Assembly: GCA_965637545.1 (NCBI GenBank)
Contig: OZ281496.1
Location: 14,012,001 to 14,076,000, forward strand
Direction: 5' to 3'
Origin: Phallusia mammillata
Lineage: Eukaryota
Length of the DNA stretch: 64,000 bases
Of the stretch, positions 20,447-32,807 are shown piece after piece. The notes beneath the pieces were generated by a model. It was not told where the DNA came from, did no database searches, and saw only the letters and a list, made by a program, of their open reading frames with translations. A program made the translations under genes and the position numbers. Every line of letters begins with the position of its first letter. Within the stretch, counting starts at the first letter, position 1.

Positions 20447-22655
20447 CAGGGGTGTGCAACCTTTATTACAGGAGGGCCAGAAATGAAAAACTGGAAGAAA
20501 CCGCGGGCCGCATGTTCGTTTAACATAGCCTAGGCTTTCTAGCAGTTGCAGGCACAAAACTAGTTTCTTTTCGTCATTGATCCGATGGCATTATTAGGGG
20601 TTATCTCTTTGCAAAAACATCAAGTTAAGACGCATAAATTACTGAAAAAAACTGCATCCAAATTTATTGTCACACCCACATTACACGAATTCAGTGAGAA
20701 ATTTGCAGCTGGCTTCTTTTCCCGACGACTTTTTCCAAATTTGTTTTAATGGATGTGCTCGCAATTCGAAGTCCGTTTTCCAAGTGTTCGTCTGTCAAAG
20801 CCGATCGATAGGGGGATTTCATCACGCCCATTTTCGAGAAAAATTGTTCGCACAAATACGTTGAGCCGAAAAGGGCCATTTTTGAAGCCATAAATTTGTT
20901 TAAATGTGGAAAGTTATCCGGGTTGAGATGTTTTCGGTAAAAATCACCAAGATTCATTTCCAGGTACTTTGCTTTCAAATCAGTATTCTTTTGGAGATCA
21001 ATCAGTTCAAGTTGGATATCAACTGGTGCTTTGTCAACGTCTGTGTTGAATGGCGAAGAGAGAATATATCGAACAGATGTTCATGAGATTTGAAGTCCTT
21101 AAAACGATTCAAGAATTCACAACAATTTTTCAAGTTGGTCTGCAAATTCAGTTTTTTTCTCGGGATGCATTCCACAGTTTCTTAAAGTTGGAAAGTGGAA
21201 AAGATTTCCTGTCAGTATGTGAGCTTTTCACAGTCGTAATTTGTTCATGAAACCTTTTATGTGACCATACATTTCATTTGCATACTGGCTTTTTCGCTGG
21301 AGTCTTTTATTAAGTTCATTTAGATGCGTTGTTATATCAACCAAGAAACCTAGATCGCATAACCAATTTTCGTCTTCCATTTCATCTATTGGGTGCCCTT
21401 TAAGTTTCAAAAAAATCGCGACTTCTTTCCGCAGTTCGTAAAATCGGCGCAACATGCAGCCCTTGCTTAACCAACGGACTTCAGAAAAGTACACTAGATC
21501 TTGATGTGTCGTGTTGAGGTCATCCAGAAATTTTTGAAACTGACGATGGTTGAGCCCGCGTGCTCGAATGAAATTTACTGCCTTAATTACCGGGCTCAAG
21601 ACGTGTTTGAATTTTAAGGATTTTGCACACAGGTTTTGCTGGTGAATAATACAATGAAAAATTGCAATATCTTCATCGATTTTTCTCTCCCTCAAGGCAG
21701 ACTTTAAGAGACCTACAAATCCAATGCCAGTTCCGGACATGGATCGAGCACCATCAGTTGCGATTCCCCATAACAGAAGCTCTTCGGTTTCGTTTAACTC
21801 TTTGTCCACTCCTTTTACAAATATGGCCAACTGTGCAGTATCCTTCTGGTCTGTACTTTCATCGATAGCAAAACTCCACTAAATAAAGTTCTTCACTTTA
21901 TCCCTAAGAGTCTCACTGATATCAAACGCAAGATCATCGACACGCCTCGCTATCGTCCACCGTGACAGACTTATTTTCTCAAACTCGCTCTTCAGTTTAG
22001 GGCACATTTCTTTTGCTACATCGATAAGACACTGCTTCACAAAATTACCGTCGGAATATGGTTTCATGGTTTGAGTTATTCTCTGTGCAATCAAGTAACT
22101 GCATCGGATTGCTTTTTCGTTATCGCTATTTATTTTTTGAGTCCTCGAACGCTGGCTTTTTAATTCTTCCTGCATTTGCTTCGCTTTCATCTTTCAGTTT
22201 TGTCCTTCTAGCTTTCCATAAACACCTTCAGAATGCTTTGTCTCATAGTGTCGTTTAACGTTGTACTCTTTAGCAACATTAACAGTTTGATTGCAAATAA
22301 GACATAAAGGCCTTTTATCTGAATTTTCAATGAAGAAATACTCAAAGGTCCATCTCGTCTGAAACATGCGTTTCTCTTCCTCTACCTTTCTCTTTTTTGC
22401 ATTCTGCAAATTTGCTACTGAGTTTGCCATTACAGACAAAAAAAATTTACAATGAGTCAGTGTACAAGATTCAGAAATGCTCACTGCTAAGCAATTGAAT
22501 GCTTTGTGAATTGCTTTGTTCGCTTCCCACAAGCTATTCTGATAGAGCGTTGTTACGTCATAGGCGTAGATAACAAGTTGAATTCGCTTTCAAAATTGGC
22601 ATTTCTCCGCGGGCCGCACAATTTTTCTTCGCGGGCCGCAGGTTGCACACCCCTG
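20447..22655 (-). mobile_element. hAT (Buster/SPIN, GTF2IRD2-like) transposon with a disrupted transposase
   Basis: 16-bp TIR CAGGGGTGTGCAACCT; perfect TSD TTCTAGCT. ORF pieces include CLICNQTV..KEYNVKRHYETKH, GIATDGARSM, FHCIIHQQNLC, VRWLSKG and FGSTYLCEQFFS, with frameshifts and an internal gap. Confidence 0.95.
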
Positions 22656-23940
22656 TTCTAGCTTGTCTGTCATTACAATCATGAATAGCCTGTCGCACCA
22701 TAACAGGTACGACAGGCAGTTTTCAGTCAACAATCCAATCGGTGTTACTACATGTGGCCACTGGTTCATCTACAGGTTTGTTTTGGTCAAAGTTGTTGGA
22801 TTAAAAAAATTATCTGCAATAAATATATGTATACTTGCTGCAACATCATCCTCAGAACTTAATGGAACAGTGCTGGCCACAGAACTGGAGGAACATACAT
22901 CCTGAAACAAGCAAACCTGGTTAAGATTTACTACAAAAAAAGTGATTTACATTTATTCACCTGCAGGGAGAACAATCAGTTTGGTCTCATCTGGCAAGAT
23001 TTCAGGCATGTCAATGTCCCCCAATCCCGAAAGTCTACTACATTCCATTGTTGCAAACGAAATACATCCACACCAAACGTGCTTTTACTTTTTGAAATAT
23101 TTCACTTTTTCACATTTTAAAACTTGTTTCCTATCATTGCAGCTAATATGATATTGATTACTCATGTTCCTGTTTAACTCTTATCCAAAAAAAAATAGTT
23201 AAATAGGTCATTTGACACTATCAATAAGTATCATAGCAAAATCATACTGGTAATACAAATAACAATGTACGTACACAAATCAAATGCATGTAATAAAAAA
23301 CAGTTAAAACTGATCTTCACATCCTGCAGCTCTATCTATGCATCAATTTGAAAAATAATCTGGGCTTATGGGATGTCAATAGATTGCATATGAGTGATAC
23401 AAACATTTTTCTACATCCGTAATTTTAAAACAAAAACCAGCAGATATATGGCGGCTGTTGGTGAAATAAAATGCTTCCGTCAGAGCGAAAACGTTGTTTA
23501 AGTACATAAACTAGACTAAAAATCACATGCGGCCACTGATCTATAAAAAAGCCTGGATAGCGCATCCAAGCGGAAAAGTGAAGCCTACATGGAGGGTACG
23601 GCGGCCATATTGGAAGGATCACCTACGCTAGGCGGTGGTAGCCATCGGAACGTAATTTGTGACTAAATTCAGCGGTAGTGCTAAGTTTTTGTATCATTTA
23701 TGTTGTGTTTAGGTTGTATTAAATGTACTGCCCTTAATATACGTATATTGCGCGGTTCTGTGGAGGTAAGTTGCTAGTGTTGTCGGATTTATATTATAGC
23801 TATTTTACCTTTTACGCAGGTATTTTGCAACAAAGATATTTTTTAAGCAATTGTTAATTAATAGTTTATCTAAAATGAGACAAGTTGACAAATTTGCAAC
23901 ATGCAATGAACAAATAACGTTTATTGAAAGTTTTGAATCT

Positions 23941-26900
23941 TTACTGATTTTTAAATAAAACTAGTTTGCTGTACTTTTTTCTGATCATGTCTCCGGTAAT
24001 TTTTGCAGTTTTTTCTTTGGCAAGGTGGTGAAGTCGCACTTTTGTGTAACATTTTGATACTATTCTGATTAATCCAAATTTATGATTGTCCAAAACAGAG
24101 CAATCTAATGAATGGTCATCTAGCTCCTGGAACACTTTGGAATGAGGATCATCTGTGAGCACCGATAATGCAATTGCATCAGAAATACCTTTTCCTTTGG
24201 GTAATTTTCCACCTGTGGTGGCAAGCATACGTTGAAATCCTTTCTCTGTTTCCAGGCAAAGTGTAATTACACTAGGCGATGGTTTAAAGAGACCTCCTCT
24301 ATCCTTTAAAGACAGAAAGCTATGGTGAGATGGTGAAGAGGGTGAACCAAGCGCTTTGTTGCAAATGAAACAAAGCGTTTGTTTTTGGGCCATCTTGCCT
24401 ACATATCCTCCAATGTATGAAATCGCTGCTGTTTTATAGTCAGATAATGTTTGTATTGTTGGAATGTCTGCAAAGTCATGATCACTTTGGAGTGGATTTC
24501 GGTCTTGTAAGTCATACTTTCTGATTATTGCAGAATGTGAAATTGAAATTTCCTTATTTCTGATCTTGCATGTATCACTCATCATATTTAAAATATTGGT
24601 ACAATCTTGATTTTGGCAATTGCCATTTTTCCCTGTGATGCTGCTTCTTAAAAGAAGGCGCTTGTATGCTGCTGTTAATAGCTGAGTCGTTGGGTTGTTG
24701 TTAAAGCCTCCAGCAGAACGTATTGCTCCGAAAAAAAAGCTCTAAATGGTCTTCGCTAAATTTGTACATCAACAAATACTTTAAAGGTGAGTCATTTTTG
24801 TTAACCAAATCTTCAAACAGGCCTTCAGTACTTTTAATGCATGTCAAAAATCCAATGAAACCAGTTTTTCTTCTTGATTTGTGCAATGGTGTGTTATTAG
24901 GCAATTTTAGACCAACAATATATTCAAAGCACTCTTTCAGGAATGGTTGCCATGATGCCTTTTTACCAACACGTAGGGGTGATTTAAAGCCACGGGCAAA
25001 TGGATTCCGAGAGTTTAATACATCGAACAAATGATCAAACAATCTAATAAACTGAACTGTAGCTTCACTACCAGTAAATTCTTTTAACCTGAGTTGTGTA
25101 GCACAATACTCAATTGCATCTGCAACATTGGAGCTCCTTGCAATATTCACTTTCATTTTGTGTTGGTGCCATTTAATATGTTTTAATTTAAGTTTGTTGC
25201 CCAGCCGTAGACCTTCTCTGTCCTGCAACTTATGCAACTCAACAATATACTGCCATTTAATTTTTTGTCCTTTTAGGTCAACAAAAACATTCCAGTCAGC
25301 AATAGTATTACGAACAAGTTTCAGCATATGGCATACATCAAGCATGATGTAACATCAAGCTGGGATCAAGACAAGCACCAAGCTCCGAAAGCATAGAGAA
25401 GTGACATGATGGTCCATCACAAGTCAAAGACACTACTCTTGCTCCAGTGTCAGCAAGCCGTTGGATACAAATTTTAACAATGTTGGCGCGTTCAATGCCA
25501 TTCAATCCATCAATGTAAAAATAGGCACATGGCATTTTCCATGAACTGTTAACACATACTGCCATTAAAACAAGTGCTTCCCGTGCCAAAGGTTGTGAAT
25601 CATTATCTTCTACCCCATTACCTATGTCAACAAAGCCACAGAACTTCTCACCATCCCATGCAACATGCTTCTTAATAGCCATCTCATCCAACATCAAGGA
25701 ACATACCACTTGTTTGCCACAATCTGCATAATTTTTGACTTTTTCTTGTATTGCATCAAATGAGGGTTTTGTAAACCCTGGCTCTGCAGGAATTTTCGAG
25801 TACCATTTTCTTATTTGTGCTTGATGAGGAAGGGCAAACTGAAATGTTTTACGGACAAACTCATAAGCCTTGGTGGAATAGAATTGCAATGTTAATGCAA
25901 ATGCTCTCAGTGAGTCTGGATACTTGGACCCTTTACCTGACTTGGTTTTAACAATTCTACTCATTATATCCAGAGGTACACCTGCCAAAGCCTGCTGTAG
26001 CTTCTCTTCACATTTTAGTGTTATCAGCTGTTTATCTCTTAAGACACTGATTACTTGTGTAAGAGATGTCACCTTCTCTTTAAGTCGCCTTGTTTTTTTG
26101 GTTTGCAAGCTTAATTTTTCTGTTTAAACTGCAAATTCTGCTACCCATTTTTTTATTTATTTTTGTTGGCAAATCTGCTAAACAGTAGTTGTGGTCGTTC
26201 TTCGCTTCTGTGCTATTTTGTGCAGATGGTTTGTCAATTTCGGCCTCATTCTCTGCATGCCTTTTTAAAGGGGGCCTTCGTTCTTTTTGTGCCTAATTTT
26301 TTTTAATAGACAAATGTAAATATATTCTCATTCTATTGTGTGTTAAATGTAATTATTTTTCAATAAAATTCATTATTCAAAATAATACAATTATTTATCA
26401 CCTGCTTTAAATGTTTTGGCAAATTCTTAAATCTAGTGGGAACAGCATCATCACTAAGAGTGGTAATTTGACCAGTACGGTTAATATATTTTTCCAAAAA
26501 GTGATCTGAGCAAACCAGAGAGTGTTTGCTTGGAATCCAGTTTTGCCGGCGAGTGTTATTAATCCAGACTTTTCGCCGGCCCGATTCTGATGGAAATCTA
26601 GGAGCAAATGTAAAGTAAACCTCCAATTAAAACGTTTGTAAAATAGTAATGAAAAAAACCTGTAGTATATCTTATTAGTTTGGCATCAACTTACCACTAG
26701 CACTACAATCAACTGACCACATAACCAAGTATTTGTATAGTTATTAATCCTGCCTGGAATCGAACCAGGGTCCTTTGCCGAACAGCAAATGTGATAAAGC
26801 CACTACACCACAGGATTTGACAAATGTATACATCACTTGGATAAATAGGTACTACTACACCACAATGTTTGGCTGAGGAGCGCCTGCTTGTCTTGTACAA

Positions 26901-27169
26901 TTATAATAGTATGAGATGCGTAGTAACAATACAAACGTAATGTTCCCAGTCAAATACAACTAGAATCAGCTTGGCCTTAGTTGCTGCCTGCTGGCACTAA
27001 CTCAACTGAACTGCCAAAATATATCCTACTTGTGAAAAGTACGGGGATATCTGCGCTTTGTGCAGCTCTCTTCGTCGTCACTGCCTTCGCTGTTACTTCT
27101 ACTTCCACCTTTTTTAACTTTTCTTTTGCTGCAACCGAAAGCAGAACACTGCGAACCTGCTTTGCCCAT
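23941..27169 (-). pseudogene. THAP-domain P-type transposase, spliced, inactivated by stops and frameshifts
   Basis: Exon 1 27169-27030 (MGKAGSQCSAFGC...RTFH), exon 2 26597-26402 (KFP..W..VCSDHF...AVPT), exon 3 from 26292 (DHNY motif). Catalytic region: MLDEMAIKK, TCDG, DVCHMLKLVRN, EDHLELFF. Confidence 0.92.
26745..26817 (-). tRNA. tRNA-like gene (pseudo-tRNA with a 6-nt anticodon loop) in intron 1 of the P transposase
   Basis: 73 nt: acceptor AATCCTG/CAGGATT 7/7, D stem 3/4, anticodon stem TTTGC/GCAAA 5/5 with loop TGTTCG, T stem CCTGG/CCAGG 5/5. A box TGGTGTAGTGG, B box GGTTCGATTCC. Confidence 0.8.
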
Positions 27170-27973
27170 TGTGCCAGACTACCAGGTGATCCTTCCAATA
27201 TGGCGGCAAAAGCTACACACAGGCTTCAAAAATCCCCTCATCGTAACGCCTGGTTGCGCTATCCAGGCTTTTTTCCAGATCAGTGCATGCGGCCCTCGAC
27301 ATAATTGCCAAACTGCAATGTGGCTCCCAACCCCACGAGTTTGACAACCCAGGTCTACCGCCTGATGGCGCATTCATCGCCGCAAGGTGGCGCAATATAT
27401 TGCATATTATATTTTACAAAATTTTCGTATTTTTTGAACATAAATAAAATGCAACTAGCTTTTACTGAGTTTGTTTAGACACACATCTTCTTCGACTTTA
27501 AGTAGTGTCTGTAATAGGATATAAGGGCATCCAAAACATTAATCCTCATATTGTTGTTATAATGGCTCCTTCAAGTGATCTCAGAGGGACCACAAAAGGC
27601 AAGTATTTTAAAGAAAAATGTTTGAGAACCACTGTTATAATGGTTTTCGCCGTTGTGGTCGAGACCATGAAAGCACAAATATTTGTAACTCCACTTGTTA
27701 GGCCTTATCAGCATGAACTGTTTCAAACAGGAATGGGCTATGAACGGCACCACCATCTGTTCGTCAACACAAAGATCCGGTTGTTGCGGATTGCGAGTAA
27801 TGAGAAGTTTATTACTATGGTGGCGGGGTGTCCCAAAACCGGAGTATCATCTACAGCTATAAAGAAAACGTCTGAAACAATTGAAAAATTTAGACATTAT
27901 ATCCCTGTAGCATTTAATGGAAATTTAAGTTCCATGTCTGATTTGCTTTATTGGAACGCAATAGTGTTTAGGA

Positions 27974-28489
27974 CAGGGGTGGGGAACCTGCGGCCTAAAG
28001 GCCACATACGGCCTATTGAAGTGCGGCCTTCCAAGTCAAAATACATTTTTAGGATGTTGGGACTATTGACTGCAACCGGCGCAGAAAAACTAGAGCCAAT
28101 AGTCCCATATTGCTACACGCAGCGATTTCCGTAGGACTGCCGAAAGGCCAAGGTTCTACAATCTTAATTAAGTTGCAAGCGCATAATCGAATGTCTTAAA
28201 CTCGTCTGTGATGTCACAAGGTTTTCTTAGATCATTGATATTTGTAAACAAACAAGTTTCTAGTATAAATTAATCCATAATGTTGTAGTGAAGGTGAAAA
28301 TGCAGTCAGGAATTTTATTTAGCTTCGACAGTAAGTCCTACATCACTACGAGGGAATAACAAAACGACCATTCTGCAAGTCAAACGGTTAAACAGCACTG
28401 TCAATGGCCTGGGAAATAGTCTATGCGGCCTAACGAGTGTCGATAAACTGTTTGGTGGCCTTTACATACAAAAAGGTTCCCCACCCCTG
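27974..28489. mobile_element. hAT-type MITE inserted in the CMC transposase remnant
   Basis: 16-bp perfect TIR CAGGGGTGGGGAACCT; perfect TSD GTTTAGGA. Confidence 0.95.
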
Positions 28490-29264
28490 GTTTAGGATGT
28501 TTGTGTTGTATATTGGCTTGGTAGTTAACAAGGATTTCCTGTCAGCGCTATCTCAGTTTCTTAAGTTTTGCTGTTGCTATGAGATACTTGTTAACAAATG
28601 AACTAACAAGCAAGGATGTAAATGTTTGTACTTGCTCTTTAAAAGATTTTGTTTTAAAGTGTTGCCAGTTGTATGGGAAAGTCCCTAATTCATTTACCTG
28701 AAGATTATGAAAAGTGTGGACCTTTGGAAAATGTAAATTGCTTTGTTTTTAAAAGCTGTTTGGGAGCTTTAAAAAATATGTAAAATCTGGCTTTAAACCA
28801 TTGCAGCAAGTTGCACGGTTTGTGTTTTATGAAAACGAAAATGTCATTGATCCTTTTTATAGGTGCCAGTCAAGTTCAATTACTAAATGTGTGAAGGTTG
28901 TGATAAGAACTTGTGGTTGAAGTGTTTAAAGTTTGATGCTAAATAAATCAGTCTGTATGTGTTAAATTTTGTGACGGGTCTAATGATATAGTACCCAAAC
29001 AGTGGCTAGTAGGGACAAGTGAGTGTGTAGCGGTCACGTGCTTTCAAACCATCATTTTGGCTAAGCAGTACGTAATGGAAAATTTTAACTTTGGAAGCAT
29101 GACTTTTCGTTCAATGAATTTTATAAGTTGCTTTTGTGACATATGGCTTTACTGTTCCATGTGTTCTCATGATTCAGTAACTATTGGAAGCACATATTCT
29201 GTGTCGTTCTTACATGTTTCCGTCTTCCTGATATCGTCCAACAGCCTGACCATAAAGAGCTCTA

Positions 29265-30573
29265 CACACCAGACGCGGTTGACGGCTGGGGCTAGCGACG
29301 TTAGTCAGCGCCGGCGGTTGTTGGCAGATTTTCCGCGTAACGTTTGGAGCGACGTTGACCCTTCACACCGGCAATACGGTTGACGTCCACGACTTTTTTT
29401 GCTAAGAAAACTGGCTCAATGTGTTTGACATATTGATTGTTTCTGTGTTTTAAGAGAGTTGCTACAAAATTCCGATCAGTTTATTTTGTGACAAAATATA
29501 ACGTTGAGCATAATCCTCCTACTGTAAAGTGTTTCCAAAAACAATTGCAACAGCAATATTGGATTTAGTTTATTTCTGTCATTGCTGTTGAAACACACGT
29601 TACTGTTTTACATACACTTTTATGTTTGAAAGTTGGCAATATAATAGCAATAACATAAATGAACACAATTTAGGAAACACAAGATCGCAGAAATGCAAAG
29701 AAAATATAACAACCTTCCAAAAAAGCTTAAATGTAAAAATATGCATGTACATTTCAATTTCATTACAAACTTGCACATTGTTGCACAATCACAATGATGC
29801 CAGATGTTCTGAAGTATGAGAAAAAAACTTTTATTCTTTGGCTGGTGGCATTATTTTAAGTTTGAAAATTGATCATTTTGCTGCGCGATGTTGGATGAGG
29901 TTTTCATTGGAAAATTGCTTTCTATAGTGTGAATAACATGTCACAAATTGATGACTTGAACTCTGGAAACATATGGGACAGTCGACTAGCAGAAACTACA
30001 TTTTATTCAAGTATACTAACCTGGAAATCCAATTATGCACACATTTTCTTTTCTTGCAATAAAGTTTATTGAACTAGTGCACTGGAGTTGAATCAGTCAG
30101 AGCTACAATTCTGCAACAAAACACAGTTGTTAAAGCAACAATACATTTAGAATATATACCAAAATTCACCTACAAATATGCTCATATGAGTAGTAATTCC
30201 ATCCTGGTAAGATTATAACAGCAGCACCTCTCTTGCACTTTTAAAGTAGTGGTTTCATATTTACAAAATCATTTCATTAAAAATGACCAGTTGACCACCC
30301 AGGACTACACAAACAAGCTGTGTATATAAAAGTTATTTAAACCACTGGTAATAAAATTTTAGTATGTTTGTATTCAGCATTAATATCAAACTGTTTACAA
30401 GTCGAACACCCGCCGAATACCAAGTTTTTCACCCAGCAGTTCATCGCGGCTGACGGAAAAGTTAAATCCGATTTAACTTTGCCGTCACGGCAAGTCGCTG
30501 TCTGGTGTGAATACCCCGTCGCTTGCCGTCGAACGCAAAAACGCGTCGCTATCCGCCAACCGCGTCTGGCGTG
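29265..30573. mobile_element. Non-autonomous TIR element with CAC termini
   Basis: CACACCAGACGCGGTTG at 29265 versus reverse-complement CACGCCAGACGCGGTTG at 30573 (16/17). GC-rich structured subtermini; no clear TSD. Confidence 0.55.
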
Positions 30574-31193
30574 AATCTTGCTTAAGACAGGCTGTTGCGT
30601 AAACCGGGTGTTTCGAAATAGTTGTGCAATCCTTTGCAGTGCTGCATATCTTTGCAAGCATTTAACTTAAAACAAACTAATAACTGATGTGAGTAAAAGA
30701 AGGCACTACTGTTCTGGAATGATTGCACGAAAAACGAGTATCATTTTAAAAGCCAATGTTTATCGTTGATCTTTTTCTTTCCCATTGTATCCTTTCCTTG
30801 GAGATTAGAGACTTGATGTGTGTTGCGTAACCACAATAAAAGACAAGAACTAAATTAATCTGTTGCTGGATCATGTCGGCTCTATGCAGCAAGCGTTAAG
30901 AATCGTACCAATGAACTTACTCGCTACTGCAGACGACCGATACTAACCACGAGAAGCAGAAGAAACAATGAGCTTCCTAGTAAAGAATGCCATAGCTCAG
31001 CTGACGCAGGAGCACATTTCCAAACCAATATTAGCTCTGTTATTCATTGAGGAAACCGCGCACGCGCATACACCTAGCCCCGCAAGTGCAGACGGCCCAA
31101 GATGTCACCAACATGCAATCACTTTTTCAGAAACAAGCCTACAGCAGATTGGACAACTTGTCCTTGTTCTATACTGTGTCAAGCAAGTAAGTA

Positions 31194-31195
<2 letters not shown>

Positions 31196-31237
<42 letters not shown>
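31196..31237. repeat. (TA)n microsatellite
   Basis: Uninterrupted TA dinucleotide run. Confidence 0.98.
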
Positions 31238-31239
<2 letters not shown>

Positions 31240-32807
31240 GTAGCTGTATTGATTATGTCACAATCATGACAAGTGTTGTCAATTGTAGATGCATATGAGC
31301 AATGTGTGAAAAAAAATTATTCAAAACAACAAAGTAGTGGATTCTTCAACGGAAGAATGTTCTGGTGAGGAAGGAGACATCCAAGGTTCAGACTGAGCAA
31401 AAGCACCCAAATTGAAAAAGCAGATGATCCCCCCACTTGTACGCACTAAAACAGCACAGAGGTTCATAACTGCTTATAATTTACTTTTTATTAGTGTTTC
31501 CACTTCTGGGAACAACAGGGCAACTTTTACGAGACTTTTACCACGAATGCGTACAGATCAGGCACCTACCCTACACCCCACTAACTTGCAGGTGGTACTC
31601 GATAAACTTAACGAATGGATTCCAAACTGGAAACACATTTGGACCTTATAAAAGAAAAGGATACATGCCTCACAGAACTGTGGATGCCAGAACCTGCCGA
31701 TAATGAAAAAGACCTCGTGGGTATTATCACACAGATGAAAGTTATATATATTTTTTATATGTGCAAAAACTTTTTGTTTTGTTTTTGTGTGTACACTGTA
31801 CTCATTTTCGGAGATAGTGTTGAGCTTAAGTTTATAGTATTAAAAGAAATGATGCTAAAATTACGGTTAATGATTATGGTATGCTAGTTGTTATGTTAGT
31901 TAACTTCAGTTCACTTTGATGAACCACTGTTTGTTTCTTATGGCAATTTATTGTTTTAAAAATAATTCTTATTGTGCACTGAATGTGATTGCCAATTGGT
32001 CTAATTCCTTGTCTTATGTGTTTCAGGATAAATCTAGGTTGGCCAAAGTAATTGAAATGGATGGCAATTTTTAAAATTTGTTAAAGATTTTTATGACCAA
32101 AAATCTGGCCTTACAATTTTCAGGGAGTAGTTTGTGGCCTGGAAGACAGCTGACGAAAAAAAGCTTCAAACGGCATGCATTGTTTGCTTTCTTTTCAGTT
32201 AAGACACGTTTTTAGCAATGTCGGCGTAGGGATACAGTGTTACTTTTGTTTTAATTTACTTATTTCATCAGAAATTCTTCAATACACGCAACTTCAAAAG
32301 GCGACACATGACGAAATCGGCTCAGCTTTTAAAAAAGTTTTTAACGGCGTGACCGACTGGGACGGCGGTCGTGCGTTGACAGCAAAATCTTACAAATCGC
32401 AAGACCCCCAGCTGATAAACTTCCAACTACAGCCGAATGCGAAGCGGGCGGCAGTTCAACTGATCCTTGTTTATCAGACAGTGAGTAAGCGTGATCCTTA
32501 CTCTTGTTCGTTTTTGTTTTGTTTCTTCTTTAAATAAAAGTAACACCAATGGGGATGACTGACTAGACCAGTGGTTCTTAACCGGTGGGAAATTTCCCAC
32601 TAGTGGAAAATATGTTACGTAAATTGTTGTCGCTGATTTTTCTTCAATACCTATTTTAGGTTTATATGCATTATTAGGTTTATACAGCAGTACGCCTGTA
32701 GTTACAATTCATACATGTTGTAAATCTGATTATTGAGTCACTAAGTGTTTTTTCATCGAACAAAGGCCTATTATTATTTTGATACACACCGTTGCTAAAG
32801 GAAGAAG

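Larger units (their letters stand above)
23534..27285 (-). mobile_element. Full-length P-element/THAP9-type transposon (3752 bp)
   Basis: Imperfect ~39-bp TIRs starting CACTGATCT; a 21-bp internal inverted repeat GCCATATTGGAAGGATCACCT near both ends; perfect 8-bp TSD CATGCGGC (23526-23533 / 27286-27293). Confidence 0.95.
27680..32420 (+). mobile_element. Degenerate CMC/EnSpm-type transposon remnant: transposase 3' part plus a DUF4806-like accessory gene; boundaries approximate
   Basis: IEKFRHYIPVAF...LLYWNAIVFR, then (after the MITE) MFVLYIGLVV, QLYGK, LIHLPEDYEKCGPL, PLQQVAR. The second gene has VKFCDGSNDIVPKQWL (~28965) and ATHDEIG...VTDWDGGR (~32300-32370). Confidence 0.6.

Noticed and set aside
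22663-23151. Short minus-strand exon-like blocks with GT/AG borders
   Set aside because: They could not be assembled into a recognisable protein; left unannotated.
26745-26817. Functional translating tRNA
   Set aside because: The anticodon loop is 6 nt, so no anticodon can be assigned; kept only as tRNA-like.
27505-28134. 209-aa ORF as a real gene
   Set aside because: It runs from decayed CMC transposase sequence into the hAT MITE at 27974, so it is an accidental open frame.
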